DNA from: Octopus vulgaris
Lineage: Eukaryota
Direction: 5' to 3'
NCBI GenBank assembly: GCA_951406725.2
Contig: OX597830.1
Location: forward strand, 75,888,001-75,952,000
Length of the DNA stretch: 64,000 nucleotides
The notes under the pieces are model-generated. The model saw nothing but the letters and a program-made list of their open reading frames with translations, did not search any database and was not told where the DNA came from. The position numbers and the translations under genes were made by a program. This document shows positions 58,290 to 64,000 of this stretch, piece by piece; the first letter of the stretch is position 1, and each line of letters begins with the position of its first letter.

Positions 58290-59260
58290 CTTGAAAACCG
58301 TCAAAATTTTACAGCTGAGGAATTTAGCCCTTAACGATATGCATGCCGGTACATTAGAAGATGACGCTCCAGCTTTAACGACAGAACAAAAGTAGACAGC
58401 TCAATTTATGAGGGAAAGAGAGAGTGTTAAAGATGACCCTATGGCTGGACGTCCTGCACCTACCACCAACAAAGAAAACATTGATTGCATTCACCACGTA
58501 GTGATAGATGAGAAGCGATTGATTATAAATAAAATAGCCATTGCTATTACTAGATAACATTGAGAGAAGAATATTTTGCACAATGTATTTGGCATGACGG
58601 AGGTTTCTTCTTAGTGAGTACCACGTCCTCTGATATTTGATCAAAAGTGCATCAGGCTGATAACATCACGGGAGAATCTAGCATTGTTTGCGGTAGATCA
58701 AGCTGATTTCCTTGGACGTTTCATAAGCCAGAATGAGTGTTAGATTTATCACTTTGAGCCTGCGACAAAGAGACAATCCATGCAGTGGAAACACTCCTCT
58801 CCACATGCTTCAAAGAAGGCCAAGGACGTTTCATCCCCGGGAGAGTGATGTCTTCAGTTTTTGTCAGATGCAAAAGACATTGTGTTCCTTGGCTGTCTTC
58901 AAAAAGGCCATACCATCAATGAAGAGTAATATGCTAACTTGTTGAGTCAGTTAAAAACGGCTACAAACACCAAACGCCGAAGAAAACTGACGAAATGGAA
59001 TCTTGCTTCATCAGAGCAATGCTCCAGCATGCAAACACTTGGTTTCAATGGGTGTTGTGCACGACTGTAGCTTTGAACTGTTTAACCACCCTCCAAATTC
59101 TCTTGATTCTCCATATTCTCCTCAACACACTATCATCTGTTCCCCAACATGAAAAAAATACTTGGCTGGGAACTAGTGTCACAGTGATGATGACGTAATA
59201 TCCGCTGTTGATAACAATTTTTATTCAGCAGGATGGATGCTTCTTCACCAATGTGATCAT
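58290..59260 (+). pseudogene. Degenerate mariner (DD34D) transposase
   Basis: Fragments DDPMAGRP, VPRPL (WVPxxL-like), HFEPATKRQSMQWKH, HQSNAPA, HPPNSLD (YSPDL-like), YHLFPNMKKYLAG with many stops and frameshifts. Confidence 0.85.
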
Positions 59261-59320
59261 CGTACGAGCTATATCGACCCTATTGTTGATGTGAGCACTC
59301 CTAGGTTTCCTATATATGTT

Positions 59321-59362
<42 letters not shown>

Positions 59363-59501
59363 GTTCATAGACCTCTCAATAAACGCTTACCGTTCGTCTG
59401 TGCATCTTCTATATATTTTTTCACTATATACATATATATAGATACACAAACACACACACATATATATATATATATGTATATATATACATGCACATGCATA
59501 G

Positions 59502-59547
<46 letters not shown>

Positions 59548-59774
59548 ATTTGTATGTATTTGTATGTATATATATATGTTTATATATATATATATATATG
59601 TATGTATGTGTGTGTATGTGTATATATCTATCTATCTATATACATATATATTATTATTATTATTATTATTATTATTATCATTATTATTATTATTATTATT
59701 ATTATTAATATTATTATTATTAGCGTCGGAAGCAGTATTAGTTCAAAATTAGCGATTTGTATTGACACTTCAAG

Positions 59775-59838
<64 letters not shown>

Positions 59839-59993
59839 CATATATAATACTTTTTAAACTGCTGTATTTGTCTTATAGATTCCATCATTTGAATTTAAGA
59901 TGAGTAAAAGGTTACATATTTATTTGCATAGAAATTGCAAGGCTTTTCTGAAATTAACCAATTTCTAGATTGTTGCTTTGCTTTGTTATATTG

Positions 59994-60083
<90 letters not shown>

Positions 60084-60574
60084 CGGCATTCCAGTAGTAA
60101 ACCCTATATTAGATGATCATAATATTTGTCTGAAAACCATAATTTTTCGAGATTATCACTCAGACATAAAAACATAATATGAATTCAAATATTAAATTTA
60201 TAAAGTGGGAATAGAAATTTGAGAAGTTGTACGTAGTGGGGCAGTGGTCCGGAAATATTTCTTTCTCAATGATTCCGTAGAAATGGTAACATCTGTACAG
60301 CAGCTGACGTATATTCAATGTTTTTATATGTTCTTACGTGTTTATTTTCAAAATTCCTTAATTTCTTTCCCACTGAATAAATGATCCACTTTGCAGTGTG
60401 CGTTAATATGCTTACGTATCCAAAGACGCATGTAAATAAGTGTTTGTGTGTGTGTATGTACGTATACATGTATGCATGCATACACGTATATATGTATGTA
60501 TAAATGTATTCATGCACCTATGTATGTATATATTCATGCATATGTGCATATAAGATGGATATGTGTACGTCTAT

Positions 60575-61012
60575 ATATTCTGTTGTGTCTGGGGAGAGTC
60601 GTTTTCTTTTTGTGCCTTATACTTTAACAGACTCACCGGTAAAATTTCCACTTATTTCTTATTTTTATTGTCCAAAAATTTTCTTTGCGTGTTGCAACCT
60701 TTTCAGTAGTCTTAGTCAAAACTATTGAAACGGTTGTAAAACGGAACGTAAATTTTAGGACAATGAAAATAAGAAATAATTGAAAATTGGACAGACGAAC
60801 CTAGTCAATACAATCGACATGAGTCAAGACTATTGAAAACTTTGCAAGTGGCAACGAAAATTTTAAGAAAATAAAAATAAGTGGAAATTTTAGCGGTGGG
60901 TGTGTTAAATTATAAGGCACAATAAGAAAATGACGCTCCCCAGACACAACAGAATATGCTTCAACACATGAACTCATATAAAGAATCAGCAAACCAAATC
61001 CAAAAACGAAAT
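60575..61012. mobile_element. Fold-back family A, copy 3: one inverted plus two tandem pseudo-LTR units, each with a variant hammerhead-like core
   Basis: Unit 60575-60712 (-), partial unit ~60719-60790 (+), unit ~60822-61012 (+). Motif CTA-TTGAAAA-N-(G/T)TTGC..GCAAC-GAAA-ATTT-TA(G). Confidence 0.7.
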
Positions 61013-61264
61013 GTATGTATGCAGTTATGTATGTATTTATGGATGTACTTGCACTTCGGCTGGTTGGTTGGCTGTAAGTATACATATATGCATGTACTTA
61101 TTGTATGAGTGTGTGTGTGTGTGTGTATACATATATATATATATATATATAATAACAAAGGGGGAAATTAATTAATTAAGAAGTAATCAGTAATTTCACC
61201 AAGTAGGATTCGGCATGTAAAAGACCAATTCATGGTAAGTTTAGTATTATTTAGTATTATTTAG

Positions 61265-61305
<41 letters not shown>

Positions 61306-61897
61306 GTATGTATATGTATATGTAAGCATGTATGTATATATATGTGTGTGTGCGTGTAAATACATGCATGTATATGTGTATACATATATAAATATGTAGG
61401 TGTTTATGTGTAGATGGATGAATGAATGTCTATGAATGTATGTATTTATGTATGTGTATTACTAGGTAGGTGCATATGAGAGTATGTATGTGTGTGTATG
61501 TATGTATGTATGTATGTATGTATGTATGTATGTATGTATGAGTGTATCGATGTCTGAGTGGCTGGTCGGACGGGCGGACGGAGGGTGTACTGATGAGTGT
61601 GCGTGCGACCTCCATTAAAACTGATAAGGTAATACAGTAACGAGGAACAGAAATATAGCACGAAAATGCTTCATATTCTTTAGTATCATGTTTAAAGAAA
61701 TTACATTGGACGAAATGTGATATGGAAAAATATATCTATATAGCACGCATATACATACATACATATATATATACACAGACGCACACACATATATATGCGC
61801 ATGTACGTAGTTGTATAAATGTATGCATGTGCGTATGTCTAGGTATGTGTGTATATATATATATATATATATGTATGATAATATGAATGTATGTATG

Positions 61898-61956
<59 letters not shown>

Positions 61957-62394
61957 TTTATGCTCTCAGTACAAATTTTGCCTAGGTCGACTTTGCCTTT
62001 CATTCTTTTGTGGGTGATATAAGAAATACCAGTTCAACAGTGGGGTCGAATTAATCGACTTCTCCACTCTCCACAAACTGCTGGCCTTGTGCCAGAATCT
62101 GAAACCGATATTTTAACATTCGTGCACCAGCAAGCCTGCTGCTCTCGGCCTAGAAATAGTGACGAAAAAAGCTCTACCTGGACTTTCTTCTACTCTCCTA
62201 CACCTGGACTTCTGCACTTCGGCTGCACTTCTCCTACCCATGGATTACACTGGAATCTTCCTTTGATGAGAAATCCCTCCAATACACCATGACATTTGAC
62301 CCTTTTGAACTTTTCTAAACCCTTTTTGTACTTTCTGCTGTTTCCTATTGTCGTTTCTCTCAATCCGTACTTGTCCTTGTTTACTTTTGTGTTC

Positions 62395-62431
62395 CTTTTT
62401 GTCGAAGAGGCCTAGGCTCGAAACGTAAAAG
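62395..62431 (+). ncRNA. Minimal hammerhead-like motif with variant core in repeat ~62120-62535
   Basis: CTTT-TTGTCGA-A-GAGGCC-TA-GGCTC-GAAA-CG-TA-AAAG. Stem I CTTT/AAAG, palindromic ACGT, GUA triplet. Confidence 0.5.
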
Positions 62432-62720
62432 ACTTTCTCACTTCCCGAGCGTTAAACTAATACATCTGTTTGTTGTTTACAAACCCGTCATCGTCTTTTG
62501 TTATTCTTTTTTTTTTTTTTTGCAAATTCTCACTATATATGTGTGTGTGTGTTAATGTTTGTTTTTATGGTATAATGAAAGTAGTTTTTCATTAAATTGA
62601 AGGATTAAGCAATAGGTCTGGTAGAGTACAATGTCCGATGATGGCTTAGCAGTGCGACTCTTCGATTCACTGTCAATACTATTCATCATAAAAATCATAC
62701 ATGTATGTATTTATATGCCC

Positions 62721-62765
<45 letters not shown>

Positions 62766-62811
62766 GATATAGATATGTGTATGAGTATACATTCGTATAT
62801 TCATATATGCA

Positions 62812-62864
<53 letters not shown>

Positions 62865-62865
<1 letters not shown>

Positions 62866-63214
62866 ATATTAACTTAGAGATAAAACCACTATTAGGCAAA
62901 TCAAACAGTGAAAAGCATAAGCCAATACATAAAATTAATTTTAAAATATAAAAGTTAAGAATAAAAAATTATTTAAATAATTTAAGCTTAAATAAATTTA
63001 TATATATATGTGTGTATGTATGTATATTTTTATATTTATATATTATTTTATTTATTAATTATTTATTTATTTATTTATTTATAAATATCAAAAGTATTAC
63101 AAGTTTAATAAAAGATAAACTTTTAATACTTTTGATATTTATAAAAAAATAAATAAATAAATAAATTAATTAATTAATTAATTAATTAATAAAATAATAT
63201 ATAAATATAAAAAT

Positions 63215-63248
<34 letters not shown>

Positions 63249-63360
63249 TTGTATATATATATATAAAATTCATAAGCTTAGATTATTTAAATAATTTTTT
63301 TATTTTTAACTTTTATATTTTTGATTTGCCTAATAGTGGTTTTATCTCTAATTTAATATA
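62865..63360. repeat. ~500 bp AT-rich fold-back palindrome flanked by (TA)n
   Basis: TTAGAGATAAAACCACTATTAGGCAAATC at the left end is inverted at the right end. Symmetry continues inward to a centre near 63110. Confidence 0.88.
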
Positions 63361-63425
63361 ATATAATATATTTATACTATAAAATTGGATTTAATGCTAA
63401 ATCTAATTTTTCCCTAATATTATTA

Positions 63426-63456
<31 letters not shown>

Positions 63457-64000
63457 ATATGCATGTATTCATATATATATATATAGATATATGTATTTAT
63501 GTGAGTATATATATATATATTTATATATCTGTATGTGTGTATGTTGTATGTGTGCATAACTGAATGCTTATGCATGATGATGTCAAACTGGCAGAATCGG
63601 TTAAACACGATATGCTTAACTTCTTCCAGCTCTTTGCACTGTGAGTTCAAATCCTTCCTAGTTAGACTTTGTTTTTCCTTCTTTCAAGTTCTATAAATTT
63701 AATACCGGTTGCATACTCATGTCGATTGTATTGACTAGGTTCTTCTGTCCAATTTCATTGCTACCTCACCAAAGACTAGTTCTCTGAGAATGTTAGTGAT
63801 GCATTCCTCTCAACTGTATCAGAAAATTCCGTTCTGCACCCCCCTCCCCCACGTAAATGTATACCACTAAGTGGCATTTCGTCCGTTTTTAAATTTTGAA
63901 ATCAAACACAGCAGAGGTCAACTTTGCATTTCATCCTTTCGGGATCGATAAAATGAGTACCAGTAGAGCATTGGGGTCGATGTAATCGACTTACTCTCTC

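Noticed and set aside
61582-61680. CTGATGA-GTG...CAC-GAAA-ATGCT-TC possible hammerhead
   Set aside because: Only a 3-4 bp stem II, non-palindromic stem III, and stem I needs a bulge and several GU pairs. Compatible with chance.

Overview
AT-rich, microsatellite-saturated eukaryotic DNA. The SINE families and repeat style point to an octopus or other coleoid cephalopod (inference from recall, not a database search). I found no convincing host protein-coding exon; almost every ORF in the track is a translation of simple repeats. The window holds dozens of tRNA-derived SINEs (at least 3-4 families) and two inverted copies of one CR1-group LINE, one with a near-complete RT. It also holds mariner, Tc1, maT and hAT remnants and an RTE tail. 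Main observation: many short (0.1-0.5 kb) non-coding insertions sit in or beside (TA)n tracts, form fold-back or tandem repeats, and repeatedly carry type-I hammerhead ribozyme motifs. Three have canonical cores (6321-6455 minus, 8381-8476 plus, 26571-26622 plus) and several have variant or minimal cores (U3-A8, U4C, U3/U6). This fits a community of microsatellite-targeting, non-autonomous Penelope-like or retrozyme-like elements. Between the repeats lie about ten unique 150-300 bp islands rich in Hox/PBX/MEIS, CCAAT and YY1 motifs, suggesting a cis-regulatory landscape. Repeat boundaries were read by eye and are approximate.
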